A stretch of DNA of 61,319 nt, counting the filler. It is 7 parts of 7 records of this genome, joined end to end, with 100 filler letters (N's around TTAATTAATTAA, not from the genome) between each part and the next. Parts side by side here need not be neighbours in the genome. Positions count along the whole stretch, not along the records: positions 1 to 6,326 come from SRR31147125_30822; positions 6,427 to 13,488 come from SRR31147125_30833; 5 more parts are not named here. One strand, written 5' to 3'. The position numbers and the translations under genes are program-made. The notes under the pieces were generated by a model that was not told where the DNA came from, searched no databases, and saw nothing but the letters and a program-made list of their open reading frames with translations. Within the stretch, counting starts at the first letter, position 1, and the number at the start of each line of letters is the position of its first letter. This document shows, piece by piece, positions 1 to 10,759 of this stretch.

Positions 1-2
1 GT

Positions 3-47
3 GCTTTTGGAGGTATGGTATTATCTTGCGGAAGTAGCTCGGAGTAA
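3..47 (+). CDS. 3' end of a truncated small ORF (...AFGGMVLSCGSSSE*), possible bacteriocin/RiPP precursor
   Basis: Hand translation of frame 3 from the contig edge to TAA at 45-47; Gly/Ser/Cys-rich tail; lies upstream of a C39-peptidase ABC transporter. Confidence 0.4.
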   Translation, partial: AFGGMVLSCGSSSE

Positions 48-132
48 CAACAAGCTTTCAGAGAAGTAGGCTGTATTCTTTTTATACTTGAGACTTGAAT
101 AATGCCTACTTCTTTACCGAAACTCAAAAAAT

Positions 133-294
133 ATGAAATATTCTAAAGATTCATTGATACTTGCAGTCATACTAATTGGCAACATAATGTTATTAGTAAG
201 AAACAAGATTTCTTGGCAGTACTATGACATTATTATGTTAGCAGTTGTGATCGTTTTGATTTTTGCATTAGTCATTCGAAAATCATCTACCTGA
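133..294 (+). CDS. 53-aa two-TM small membrane protein, possible immunity protein
   Basis: Hand translation MKYSKDSLILAVILIGNIMLLVRNKISWQYYDIIMLAVVIVLIFALVIRKSST*; below the ORF-track cutoff. Confidence 0.55.
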   Translation: MKYSKDSLILAVILIGNIMLLVRNKISWQYYDIIMLAVVIVLIFALVIRKSST

Positions 295-311
295 GATAAA
301 ACAATTAATAA

Positions 312-951
312 ATGAAACTGGTTACTCTAACTGACTGGAGGAAGATCTTAGTAGCTTTATTACTACTTAATGCATTATTAGTTATTGCAACAAAAGAAGT
401 AATTACAAAGGAAATCATATACAACACTTATTTCATTGGGATGCCAGAGACAGAGGCAATAAAACTTCAATTATTCTCTCAAAAAATCGAATGGCTTACT
501 TACATTATTTCAGCTCTTATTTTATTTGTTAAGATAGCTCTAATATCATCTATTTTATATTGTGGAGTAATCTTTTATTCTGAGCAAAATATTAAATATA
601 CTGATATTTTAAAAGTTGTTTCAATATCAGAGCTGGTTTTTATTATATCTGGATTTCTTAAAATAGTACTGCTAAACCACAAAGAATACTGCACATTAAT
701 TGAAATGCAGAATCATCAACCATTATCAGCACTTATTATTTTTGGAAGTAATCACGAACCGTTTTTGAAATATATTTATTCATTATTAAATATATTTGAG
801 TTAGGATATTCATTACTACTAGCTTATTTGCTTAAAAATTTATTGAAAAAAATTTAGTAGTAGTATTATTTTTGTTATAAAAACTTATGGTATGGGATTG
901 CTCATATGGGTGACTTTTATTACTTTTTTAATTATCAGCTTTAGTGAATAA
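312..951 (+). CDS. Multi-pass membrane protein (frameshift near 850)
   Basis: ORF 312..857 continues in a shifted frame at an A-run (FSSSIIFVIKTYGMGLLIWVTFITFLIISFSE*); stop overlaps the next ATG at 951. Confidence 0.7.
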
Positions 952-1517
952 TGTCCTCAACAAAACTCAGGAAAACTCAAAAGATTATCATTACAATCTT
1001 AGTAATATGTTGGGGATATCTTGGATACAAATTCCTTAACAAGAATCAGGATGATAGTATCTGGGGAAATATTCAGTTTTTGAATATATATACTGTTTAC
1101 GAAGAATTTATTCCTTTACAATTCGAAGACTTTGATTCTGACAAACTATTATTGTTAATTTATTTTAATACACATTGTAGCTTTTGTCAATTAGAATTAA
1201 AGTGTCTTGCAAGGAGAGTTCCAGAGTTTAAAAATACTGAGATCCTTCTTATTTCAGCTGAACCATTAGATACATTACGTAAGGTTAACAGTGAGTTGCA
1301 ATTTGATTTATACCCTAATGTAGGGATTTACCACTGTCCTTACGATACCCTGCAAAATTATTTTGGGAAGCTAGTAGCACCGACAACATTCATTTATAGT
1401 AAGGATAAAAGGCTGTTAAAAAAATTTAAAGGAGCAACAAGTATTAACGATATGCTTGAAGTGATAGAGAAAGAAATGATAAAAAACGGAGAGCACCCCT
1501 TGTATGAGTATGAATAG
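951..1517 (+). CDS. Membrane-anchored thioredoxin-like (TlpA/AhpC-TSA) protein
   Basis: N-terminal TM, YFNTHCSFCQ CxxC motif, APTTFIY cis-Pro loop. Confidence 0.85.
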   Translation: MSSTKLRKTQKIIITILVICWGYLGYKFLNKNQDDSIWGNIQFLNIYTVYEEFIPLQFEDFDSDKLLLLIYFNTHCSFCQLELKCLARRVPEFKNTEILLISAEPLDTLRKVNSELQFDLYPNVGIYHCPYDTLQNYFGKLVAPTTFIYSKDKRLLKKFKGATSINDMLEVIEKEMIKNGEHPLYEYE

Positions 1518-3687
1518 AAAACTTACCAATAACTCATTTATAAAACAACAAGATCAGAGTGATTGCGGAGTTGCATGCTTGTTATCCGTTTTGCAATATT
1601 ATGGAGGTTACAACAAACTGGAAAATCTTCGTGAATTAAGTGGGACAACAAAACAAGGAACAACTTTATTAGGACTTTATCAAACAGCCAATCAGTTGGG
1701 GTTTAAAGCAGAAGCTTATGAGGCTGAGCCTGAAGATTTAAGGGAATCCGGACACCTTTCCATATTGCATGTCATTATTGATAATCGCTTGCAACACTAT
1801 GTAGTTTACTACGGGTTTGAAAATGGGAAATACATAATAGGTGATCCAGCAAGAGGGATAGTGGAATATACAGAAGAAGAGCTGAAAAAGATATGGAAAT
1901 CAAAGGCATTACTTTATTTAGAACCTACAGATAAAATTGTCCAAAAGAAATCGATCAAGAAAGATAAATGGAACTGGTTTAAACTGTTACTCAAAGAGGA
2001 TCTAGATTTCCTATCAATCATTTTTGCATTGAGCTTATTGATCTCTGTATTGGGCATGGTTATGGCTATCTTTTCTCAAAAACTGATTGATGATATATTA
2101 CCATCCAAAGATTCTGAGAAGTTAATTATTAGTTTGGCTTTGGTTGCTATTTTATTATTTGCCCGTGGATTTATTGGATACATTGCCGGATTCTTTGGGA
2201 TACAACAAGGACGGAATTTTAACAATCGTTTGATTGGACGTTTCTTTGAAAATTTACTATTCCTTCCCAAATCATTTTTTGACAACCGCCGAATTGGTGA
2301 GTTGGTGGAGCGAATGAACGACACCTCTAAAATCCAAGCAACTATAGCAAGAATTGTTGGTGAGTTATTGAAAAACTTCTTGTTATTTCTTATTGGCGAG
2401 ATTGTGTTATTTATTTACTCGCCAGTGATTGGGGCATTATCCTTAATTAGCCTGCCTCTATTTGGATTTATATCATGGAAATACCATAAACGAATTGTAA
2501 ACAGCCAGCACGAACTAATGGCTGCAAATGCCCACAAATCGAGTAATTATGTAAATTCAATGAATGGGATCTCTACCATTAAAAGCAGCCATAAAGAAGA
2601 TGAATTCTCCAATCTGAATAAGTTGATTTATGGACATTTTCAGGATAAAGCCTTTAATTTAGGAAAACTGGGAATCTCCTTACAACTGGCAGCAGAATTT
2701 GCATCGGTTTTTGTTACCGTTGGATTGATCGCTTTCGGGACCTGGATGGTTTTTGCTGATTTACTGACAGCCGGGGAGTTAATTGCAGTCCTTGGAATTA
2801 GTGGCAGCGTTTTCCCGGCAATTGTTAGCCTGGCTTTTGCCAATATCAGTTTGCAGGGAGCTAAAGTTGCTTTTGACCGCATGTATGAGTTTTCTGCGAT
2901 AAAACCAGAATTTGAAGATGAAAAAGGCAAGACTCCAAATAAAGATATCCTGAAACTTGATGTAATGAAGCTAAGCTTCCGTTTCCCGGGAAGAAAACAG
3001 TTACTAAAAGATATTTCGTTGAATGCCCAAAAAGGTGAAATTATTAGCCTGTTAGGTGAAAGTGGTTGTGGAAAAACGACCTTTTTAAACATCCTTCAGC
3101 AGTTTTATTCCCCTGAGTCAGGAAACATTCTGATTGATGGAATTGAACTCAATGAAATCAGTATTCCACAATGGAGAAATAGACTGGCCATGGTTTCTCA
3201 GGAAGTAGACCTGTTTAATGGAACATTGATTGAGAATATTTGCTTAGAAGCAACGCCAGAACAAATCCAGGAATGCGTTAGATTTTGTGAAGAAATGGGA
3301 TTTCAAAAGTATTTCATGGAATTCCCTCAAAATTATGGGACATTACTGGGTGAGGAAGGAATAAATATTTCCGGTGGACAAAAACAGTTGGTTGGGTTGG
3401 CAAGGGCACTATGCCAAAAACCACAGGTTCTTTTACTTGATGAGCCAACTTCTGCTATGGACAGGAATACCGAGAATTTTGTTTTGGAACTTTTGGGGAA
3501 GCTAAAAAAAGATATGATTGTCATTTTGGTTACTCACCGAATCAAAATAGCCCGTTATTCTGACCAGATTTATATCCTTGAAAATGGAAGAACCTGCTTA
3601 AGTGGCAAACATGAAGATCTAATGCTTTCTGAAAACCTATACAGTCTTTCGTTTCATGAAATTGCAGGTCATGAACAGCCAGCTTAA
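1504..3687 (+). CDS. Peptidase C39 domain-containing ABC transporter (bacteriocin exporter)
   Basis: QQDQSDCGVAC and HYVV C39 motifs, TM domain, Walker A GESGCGKTT, ISGGQ signature, LLLDE. Confidence 0.95.
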   Translation: MSMNRKLTNNSFIKQQDQSDCGVACLLSVLQYYGGYNKLENLRELSGTTKQGTTLLGLYQTANQLGFKAEAYEAEPEDLRESGHLSILHVIIDNRLQHYVVYYGFENGKYIIGDPARGIVEYTEEELKKIWKSKALLYLEPTDKIVQKKSIKKDKWNWFKLLLKEDLDFLSIIFALSLLISVLGMVMAIFSQKLIDDILPSKDSEKLIISLALVAILLFARGFIGYIAGFFGIQQGRNFNNRLIGRFFENLLFLPKSFFDNRRIGELVERMNDTSKIQATIARIVGELLKNFLLFLIGEIVLFIYSPVIGALSLISLPLFGFISWKYHKRIVNSQHELMAANAHKSSNYVNSMNGISTIKSSHKEDEFSNLNKLIYGHFQDKAFNLGKLGISLQLAAEFASVFVTVGLIAFGTWMVFADLLTAGELIAVLGISGSVFPAIVSLAFANISLQGAKVAFDRMYEFSAIKPEFEDEKGKTPNKDILKLDVMKLSFRFPGRKQLLKDISLNAQKGEIISLLGESGCGKTTFLNILQQFYSPESGNILIDGIELNEISIPQWRNRLAMVSQEVDLFNGTLIENICLEATPEQIQECVRFCEEMGFQKYFMEFPQNYGTLLGEEGINISGGQKQLVGLARALCQKPQVLLLDEPTSAMDRNTENFVLELLGKLKKDMIVILVTHRIKIARYSDQIYILENGRTCLSGKHEDLMLSENLYSLSFHEIAGHEQPA

Positions 3688-6055
3688 GAGATATATTCAG
3701 ATATATGCCCCCCGGTTGTTTGTGCAGGATTTATCATCCTTTCATTTTTCTTTTTCAAGTTAATTGGGATATTCCTAGGGGAATTTCATTAATCGCACTA
3801 TTCAGTAGATTCCAAAAGGAAAGCCCCAAACTTCATTTTATTGATTTTGCAATATTGAGTATCCTTATCATTGAACTGTTTTCAGTGTTATGGACCGACA
3901 ATTATAGCAGAAGTCAGCTTTACAATTTGTTCTATAATATCCTGGTTTATTTTACCATAAGAACCTTTTTAATTCGTAGGAAACAAATTGATCTTTTTAT
4001 AAGGATTATTGCAGGCTTTGTCATTTTACTATCCCTGCTCACAACCGGATCATTTTTATTTTTCAAGTTCAATATTGAATATGAAGGGTTCAGCAACCTC
4101 GTTAATTTTAAAAGCCTTTTTCATCCACTAGGGTTCCTGCTCAATGATTGGGTGGCTGTGTTAATAATTGCTTTGGCATTCTTGCTGGTTGCATTTACCC
4201 ACTTCAACTTTAAAGTGCGGCATACAAAATCTACACCGTTGGGTTACTACTTTGTTCATTTGGAATTATCTGTTCATTCTCCAGAGGTGCATATTTGGCC
4301 ATAGCAATTGGATTGTTCTCGTTTTTGATTCTTGCCATCATTTTAAGAACGGTATCCTATAAAGAGCTTGCCCTGATTTTTGCTGGGACATGTGCTATAT
4401 TTATACTAACCACTCTTCCTGTAAAAAAAGATGTAGCAATAACTGCAGGTTTTTCATCAACAACCTCACAGGCTAGAAGTACATCTGGAAGATTCGATTT
4501 ATGGGAGACATCCTTCAAACTATTTAAAGAAAGACCTTTATTGGGGGTCGGTTCAAAAAACTTTTCCATGTTTGCAAACCCACATTTAGCTGAACGTGAA
4601 GATGCCACATTTACCGGAAGGGCAACCAATACCTATTTACAACTTTTGGTTGAAAAAGGAATTATTGGCTTTATTCCCTGGAGCATATTTATATTTACGC
4701 TGATATGGATCTTGTTTAACCAGATAAGAGCAAAAAACAAGAACAGCCTACAAGCTTTAATCGTTCTTTCTGTCTTAGTGGCAATCATGTTTAGAGAAAT
4801 TACCTTTTCTTCCTTTTTTGAATTGTTCCAATTTCAATTATTGTTTTTTGTTTTGGTAGCCTGGGTTGTAAATCATGAAGGCAAGTTGAAATTTGCAATA
4901 CCAAGGTGGGTATTACCGGTTGTGCTATCAGGGTTGTTTTTAGTTCTTTCCGGATTTAAACTAGCACATAACTATTCACACAAGAAAAATGAAGAATTTA
5001 TAAGGGCTTATCAGGATGAAGAATATAAAGAGGCTTTAAATGCTATAACTAATGCCTTAAAATTGGATGGGAACAATTCAACACTCAATGCAAATAAAGC
5101 AAATCTTTTGGTAAAGATGGCTGAAAATGAAAGTTTTAAGAAAAAGGCATTACTATTCTACCAAAAGGCTGTAAGCCATTCGCCGCTCGACCCATTCTTA
5201 AATCATAATCTGGCATGGCTATATTTTATTAATGGAAGTTCAGACAGCGCAAGATTTCACATGCAAAAAGCCTGCAAGCTTTCAAATAATTCTGCATTGT
5301 TCCATATTGGGATGTTTGAGCTAGAAAGTTGTGGCACAAATAAAAAATGGCAACATCTTGAAAAAGCCATTCGCTTATCTCCAGACCTATTAGACTCAGA
5401 TTACCTGAAAGTATTAGTGAACAAAAATACTAGAATATACCGGGAGGCATTAAGCAATATTGCTGATAGCTTAAAAATTAAAGTTGATGAGAATAATAGC
5501 CCAATCTTGAAAAGCCGTTTGGCAAAAATTCAATTGCATTTAGGTGATTCAATAGCGGCAATTGAGCTTTGGCAGGAAACTACGAGTCAACTTCCGAATC
5601 TTGACCGCCCCTGGTATAACATGGCATTAGTAAAACTAGCACAAAAGGATACCATCACTTTTAAACACCATTTAAACAGAGCTATTCTGCTAGATTCCAG
5701 GGATTACCTCTATTCACTTGCTTATGCTAACTTTTACTTCAAAAAGGATAAAAAAAGTGACGCTGTCTATTATTATAAAAAAGTATTATTTAGCCTTGGA
5801 AACTTATATAGCAAATATGCATTAATTGCACCGAAATGGCATGGATATCAAATATTACCAAACAATATCCTTCCTTTGAATCGCCTGCAATCCATTAAAC
5901 CATCAACGGATAAAAATTTGATCTGTAGTAATCTAATCGAATTGTATGACGCTCTGGAAATTGAAGAGGAAAAATTGTTAATCAAGCAATACCTCCAAGG
6001 AAAGATAACAATAAACAAACTGTCCAGAAAACTTAACCGCCCAGTATTTAATTAA
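3671..6055 (+). CDS. O-antigen ligase (Wzy_C)-like membrane protein with C-terminal TPR repeats (frameshifted)
   Basis: ORFs 3705..4304, 4168..4362 and 4295..6055 join; GRFDLW...PLLGVG...ATNTYLQLLVEKGIIG ligase motif; TPR-like helices; ATG at 3671 overlaps the transporter end. Confidence 0.75.
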
Positions 6056-6099
6056 ACAGCAATCCATGACTCACACAACAAATCCCCAAAAAGGAAACG

Positions 6100-6326
6100 A
6101 TGAAATTACATAACCTTATACTCCCATTTTTATTACTGTCTGTCATTTCACTAATTATTTGGAGACACTTTATAAAAAACGACGAGCGCCCTGTAACTCA
6201 AAAAAGAACAGTTGAATATACCATACAACTTGCAGGCAACAATAAGTACGAGTTAGAAAAGGTTCTTGAACATTTCAAGGATGACTCACTTAAGTTGGAA
6301 GCAGCTCGTTTTTTGATTAGGAATAT
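6100..6326 (+). CDS. N-terminus of a Bacteroidota transglutaminase-like secreted protein (truncated by gap)
   Basis: N-terminal TM followed by LAGNNKYELEKVLEHFKDDSLKLEAARFLIRN, a start typical of this family. Confidence 0.55.
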
Positions 6327-6426
6327 NNNNNNNNNNNNNNNNNNNNNNNNNNNNNNNNNNNNNNNNNNNNTTAATTAATTAANNNNNNNNNNNNNNNNNN
6401 NNNNNNNNNNNNNNNNNNNNNNNNNN
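6327..6426. other. Artificial contig spacer
   Basis: N run with TTAATTAATTAA linker. Confidence 0.99.
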
Positions 6427-6489
6427 ACCCCATCGGCAGTTGAAATGACCCGGGGGGGCGGCAGGGGAAGTGACCCACCCCTCGGCATA
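6427..6489. mobile_element. IS21-family-like terminal repeat region (partial)
   Basis: GC-rich patch in an AT-rich contig with tandem motifs CGGCAGTTGAAATGACCC and CGGCAGGGGAAGTGACCCACC, resembling reiterated IS21 end repeats; sits at the contig break. Confidence 0.55.
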
Positions 6490-6642
6490 GACTGAAACTA
6501 TTTCAACTCCGAATCCTCCAATATCCCACTGATTGTATCTTACATCTTGTAAAAATGATGATCAGTATAATTATGATTCGGCTAGAGTGTCATATAAGTA
6601 ATAAAATAGTGTAATCTAACGTTTCTATTACCTCTTTGAGTC

Positions 6643-7121
6643 TTATCTCTCCGCTTCAATCTTATGAAAATATTCACCAAACAATAAATGCCGTTCATTC
6701 CTTGTTATTTTCCATGACCTTTTTCAAACTCAGGTAATAGTCTATATGATGTGCTTTCACGTGTTTCACAAGATAGGTATTTTGATTTCCGGGTTAAATT
6801 ATCAATCATTGTTAGTATATCCATTAATTCTCGAATTGTGAGAGAATTAATGGATACTAGATCTTCGACGAAAGACTCAATTTTATTTGATCTATATCCA
6901 ATTATTATATACCATGAATTTCCGGTAACGAGACTCATTTCATCAATTTTACAATGTTTTAAAATATCATTAAATTTTTTGCAATGAGACATACCAACAA
7001 TACTCTCTGGATAAGTAACTTTTTCAATTTCAACTATTTTATTAACAGTTTGTTTTTCACTTATGTAAGGATCATCGACTAAATTAAATGAGTTGTTACA
7101 ATATACCCAATGTTCAATCAT
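6643..7121 (-). CDS. Hypothetical protein, possibly GNAT-like fold (frameshift near 6720)
   Basis: ORF 6705..7121 continues in a shifted frame RSWKITRNERHLLFGEYFHKIEAER*; FVEDLVS and CETRESTSYRLL segments loosely resemble GNAT motifs. Confidence 0.5.
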
Positions 7122-7364
7122 TAAAATACTCCGAAATACTATATTTCTAAAATGTATATAAACATCTTAAATCTAATATAAGATCAATTATTACAATTTA
7201 AAGTAAATTTAATATCTTCAACGGAAAATATATAAATTGTTATTTAATGTTTCGTTTCAATGGTTCGAATATTCCTTTATAAAAAGTAATCTTAAGAATG
7301 CATTAGGAATCATTAATAAATGGAATCCTTAAGAATAATTGTTTATAACAAATGTTCAACTTAT

Positions 7365-8105
7365 CTATATGCGTTTAGTTTGGATAATTTCATTCCATCT
7401 TTTCTCTAGAAGTTCTGAATACATGTTGGATTCTAAACCATAATTGCCAAGGGAATAACCATCATTACACTCAATTAGAATTGTTTTCTTCTTTATTGTA
7501 ATACCAAAATCCATAGAATATCCAATAGGTTGTGTTGTATATAAATTTATTGCATTCTGAATTACATGAATATCTGGAAAAACTTTAAAATCTCCTGAAT
7601 ACCAGTAAAGACCGACTAGTTTGTGGTCAATAATATATGCACGGTATTCACTAATAAATGAAACAACTTCGGACAAAAACAATTCACTGTCATCATCTAA
7701 AATCTCGAGGAAATCTAAACTTTCATTTTTAGTGTTGAAAATTGTTGCTTCAAATTTCTTACTAAAATCGTTTGGTTTTATGAATAATGGAAAGTTATAT
7801 TCTTTTGTAGTCTTTATATACTCTTTTAACTTAATACGCCAAATTTTACGTTTACAAAAAGATTCAATTTCAAATGGTATATTCAATGTATCAATATTTG
7901 TAATACCATTTGAAAATAAATAACTTTGAGATGAGAAGATATCCGCAATAATAATATTATCAATAGAATATTCTATTGTTTCTATATCACTAAATAGAGT
8001 AATTCTGTATCCCTTATTGGAAAACCCATAATATGCTGATGCTATCCATTCACAAACTGGAATACCTTCAGATGATTGTATAAATACATGTTTTTTCATA
8101 TTCAT
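7365..8105 (-). CDS. ATP-grasp domain protein (DUF4343/R2K-like)
   Basis: FPLFIKP, SEVVSFISEYRAYI, MDFG, LIECNDGYSLGNYG motifs. Confidence 0.85.
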   Translation of the reverse strand: MNMKKHVFIQSSEGIPVCEWIASAYYGFSNKGYRITLFSDIETIEYSIDNIIIADIFSSQSYLFSNGITNIDTLNIPFEIESFCKRKIWRIKLKEYIKTTKEYNFPLFIKPNDFSKKFEATIFNTKNESLDFLEILDDDSELFLSEVVSFISEYRAYIIDHKLVGLYWYSGDFKVFPDIHVIQNAINLYTTQPIGYSMDFGITIKKKTILIECNDGYSLGNYGLESNMYSELLEKRWNEIIQTKRI

Positions 8106-8109
8106 ATAT

Positions 8110-9631
8110 CTAATATTCTCTCAGTAATTCCAAATCATAGCAAGTTCCCAATAAGTGCTGGTATTGAGTATGAATATTAAACAAAATATCCTCATACATA
8201 TTTGCTTCATTCAACATACCAATTTTTTGACAGCATTCGATCTGCATCATTACTATTTGAGGCAGATTCTCTATGGAGTAAGCCAAATCATTTGATAAAA
8301 TACGATCAAAATACACTTTTGCATTTAAATAATCCTCTGAAACAAAATATGAATATGCTACCCAGTATTGAGGCCAAATATCTTCAGGGATAATCTCAGT
8401 TGCTTGTAACATTCTTTTTCTAAATTCTTCATTATATACTTTGTCTTTAATGTTATATGGAAATGGCATGGCAGAAGACATTAATCCATGAAAAGATCTT
8501 ATCGATTTCGAATCATATGGTTTAAAATTCAGTAGTGCTTTAAGAGGTTTATTTTCCTGATTTAGTTTAGTTTCAAGTTTATTTAATTCAAATAACAAAT
8601 TATTATTGCAATTCCATAATGTGAAATCCAAATTATTCCCGAAAAATAATTTTAAATAGTATAAAATAATGAAAAATTGACCTCTATCACTAGCTCTGTA
8701 ATAATAATCACTATCAAGTATTTCCTCTTTGTTTTTACTTAGTTCCTTTATAGTATCTATCATTCTTCTGATACTATCCTTATTAAGATCATATTGAAAA
8801 TTTGTCCCATAATGTTGATATTTATCTATCATGTAATAATCATAGTAATATTCATCAGATGTTAAACTTAGATTTCTGGCTTCTTCACTATTCAATAATT
8901 TGGTTTTTTCATTTGTTTCGTCTAATCCCACATTTTGATTATGATTTATATATCTAAAATCAATACTAATGAAATTATTACTATAATAGTCATTTAAGTA
9001 GCTAGAAAAAGGTGACCAATCAAAAAAAGAAATCCCGTCTGGAGAAAAATTGTACCATTTTTTTCGAACCATGAGCATCACCATAGAATAACAATATCTT
9101 ATCTGATGTATTACTATTCATAACTATTTCTTGTATTTTGTCATATATATACTTGTCTCGCTCATTGAAGTAAACATCTATATTGTCATAGTTTACAGTA
9201 TCTGGAAATTCAAAACCATCTTCCCCATATAATATTTTAATTTGATTAAATATTTTGTGTTTTGAGTTATGTAACTCAACACTTTCTTTTAATTGTTTAA
9301 GTTCCAACTTCCATCCCACATTACTCCAGGGATAGAAATAGTAATATCTCTCATTTAAGTATTTAGGTGGTGTTTTACCCTCAAATACAATATATCTCAA
9401 ACCGGATTTATATAGTTCTTCAAGATTTTGGGACAGGAAAATTATTGGATTTACAATATTATGATTTTCACTAAGAAATATAATTTTATTTTCAAGAAAT
9501 AATTTTGGTAGTATTTGACTTGCTTCACTAGCCGATTCAATTTTGTTCTCAATACTATTATGGCATGATAATAGCAATAGAAAGTTTAAATATATAAATA
9601 GTTTTACCAAATTTGATCTCATATTCTTCAT
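8110..9631 (-). CDS. Lipoprotein with ChaN/EreA/TIKI-superfamily-like domain and C-terminal TPR-like helices (frameshift near 9060)
   Basis: Lipobox LLLLSC; IIFLSENH, IVFEG, ERD and LFYGDAH motifs; ORFs 9020..9631 and 8110..9084 join at an A-run. Confidence 0.65.
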
Positions 9632-9692
9632 CTCACCTCATCTTAAATAATCGATTCATTTTTCTGATACATCCTTTCATTTCAAATATAAA

Positions 9693-10757
9693 TTAAATTA
9701 AGTTTAACTTACTTAACAAAATTAAGAAAAGTTGTTTTTTTTCGATCACTATATCTGCTTTACAAATTAGACCATTTCTTAATTTGTATACCTCTCCATA
9801 TTTATTATTGAATGAAGAAACTGAGATGGAAGAAGTAACTAAATAAAAGTTATCTTCTACTCGATCAGTCATTGAATTAGTAATACTCCCGAAGGCATCA
9901 CCACTGTATTGATTTGGAATTATCATAAAGCGATATTTGACAATTTGATCATTTTTGATATATAGAATCTGTTTGTCAGAATTTTTCAACTCTACATAGA
10001 AGTTATCAGACAATGAAGGATACACTTGGATTATATTACTGCCACTCTGGACATAATCTTCAACATTTATATTGTCTTGATAATTAACATAACCAGAAAT
10101 ATCAGAATATATTTTTGAGTTATCAATCAAAAACTTCAACTCCAATGCACTATTTTCTAAATTGAAAATTTGAAGTTTTATTAAATCAATTCTCTCCTCA
10201 GTACTAACTTTTTCATTCAATATATATCTAGAGTATTCGTTTTTGACGTTATTTAGTATGTTTCTATCATCTTGAATTTCCATTTTGGAATAATCAATCA
10301 TACCAATTGATTCCTTAATATGGAGTTTATTCTCCAGATCATATATTTTATTTTCAAAACTAGATTCGTTTAATTTATATAGACTGTAGTAGTAATTATC
10401 ATCTAATACGAGACCTGTTTTTAGAAATGAATAATAATCAACATTCTGGTTCAATTTATCCTTCAGTGTTTCTAATAGAAATAGTGTATTATTATATTTC
10501 TTCTCTTCTTGTTTGACATTAATAGAATATAATAGATCACCTTTGTTAACTTTTATGTTATCGCACACTAGATAATCAAGTTGTCCAGAACATTTAGGTG
10601 AATAGTTGTGTGGCCCATTAGTTGAATGAACTGTACCATCAACCTTGATAGATATCTCCCATTTTATTAGAAACAAAGCAAATATTGCTATAATGAGTAG
10701 TGACAATGTGAATATTCGATATAATTTATCAATTTCTTTTTCAAATGTTTCAATCAT
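9693..10757 (-). CDS. HlyD-family membrane fusion protein
   Basis: N-terminal TM, VNKGDLL and IYSDISGYV biotinyl-like halves flanking a coiled coil, LRNGLICKADIV. Confidence 0.85.
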   Translation of the reverse strand: MIETFEKEIDKLYRIFTLSLLIIAIFALFLIKWEISIKVDGTVHSTNGPHNYSPKCSGQLDYLVCDNIKVNKGDLLYSINVKQEEKKYNNTLFLLETLKDKLNQNVDYYSFLKTGLVLDDNYYYSLYKLNESSFENKIYDLENKLHIKESIGMIDYSKMEIQDDRNILNNVKNEYSRYILNEKVSTEERIDLIKLQIFNLENSALELKFLIDNSKIYSDISGYVNYQDNINVEDYVQSGSNIIQVYPSLSDNFYVELKNSDKQILYIKNDQIVKYRFMIIPNQYSGDAFGSITNSMTDRVEDNFYLVTSSISVSSFNNKYGEVYKLRNGLICKADIVIEKKQLFLILLSKLNLI

Positions 10758-10759
10758 AA

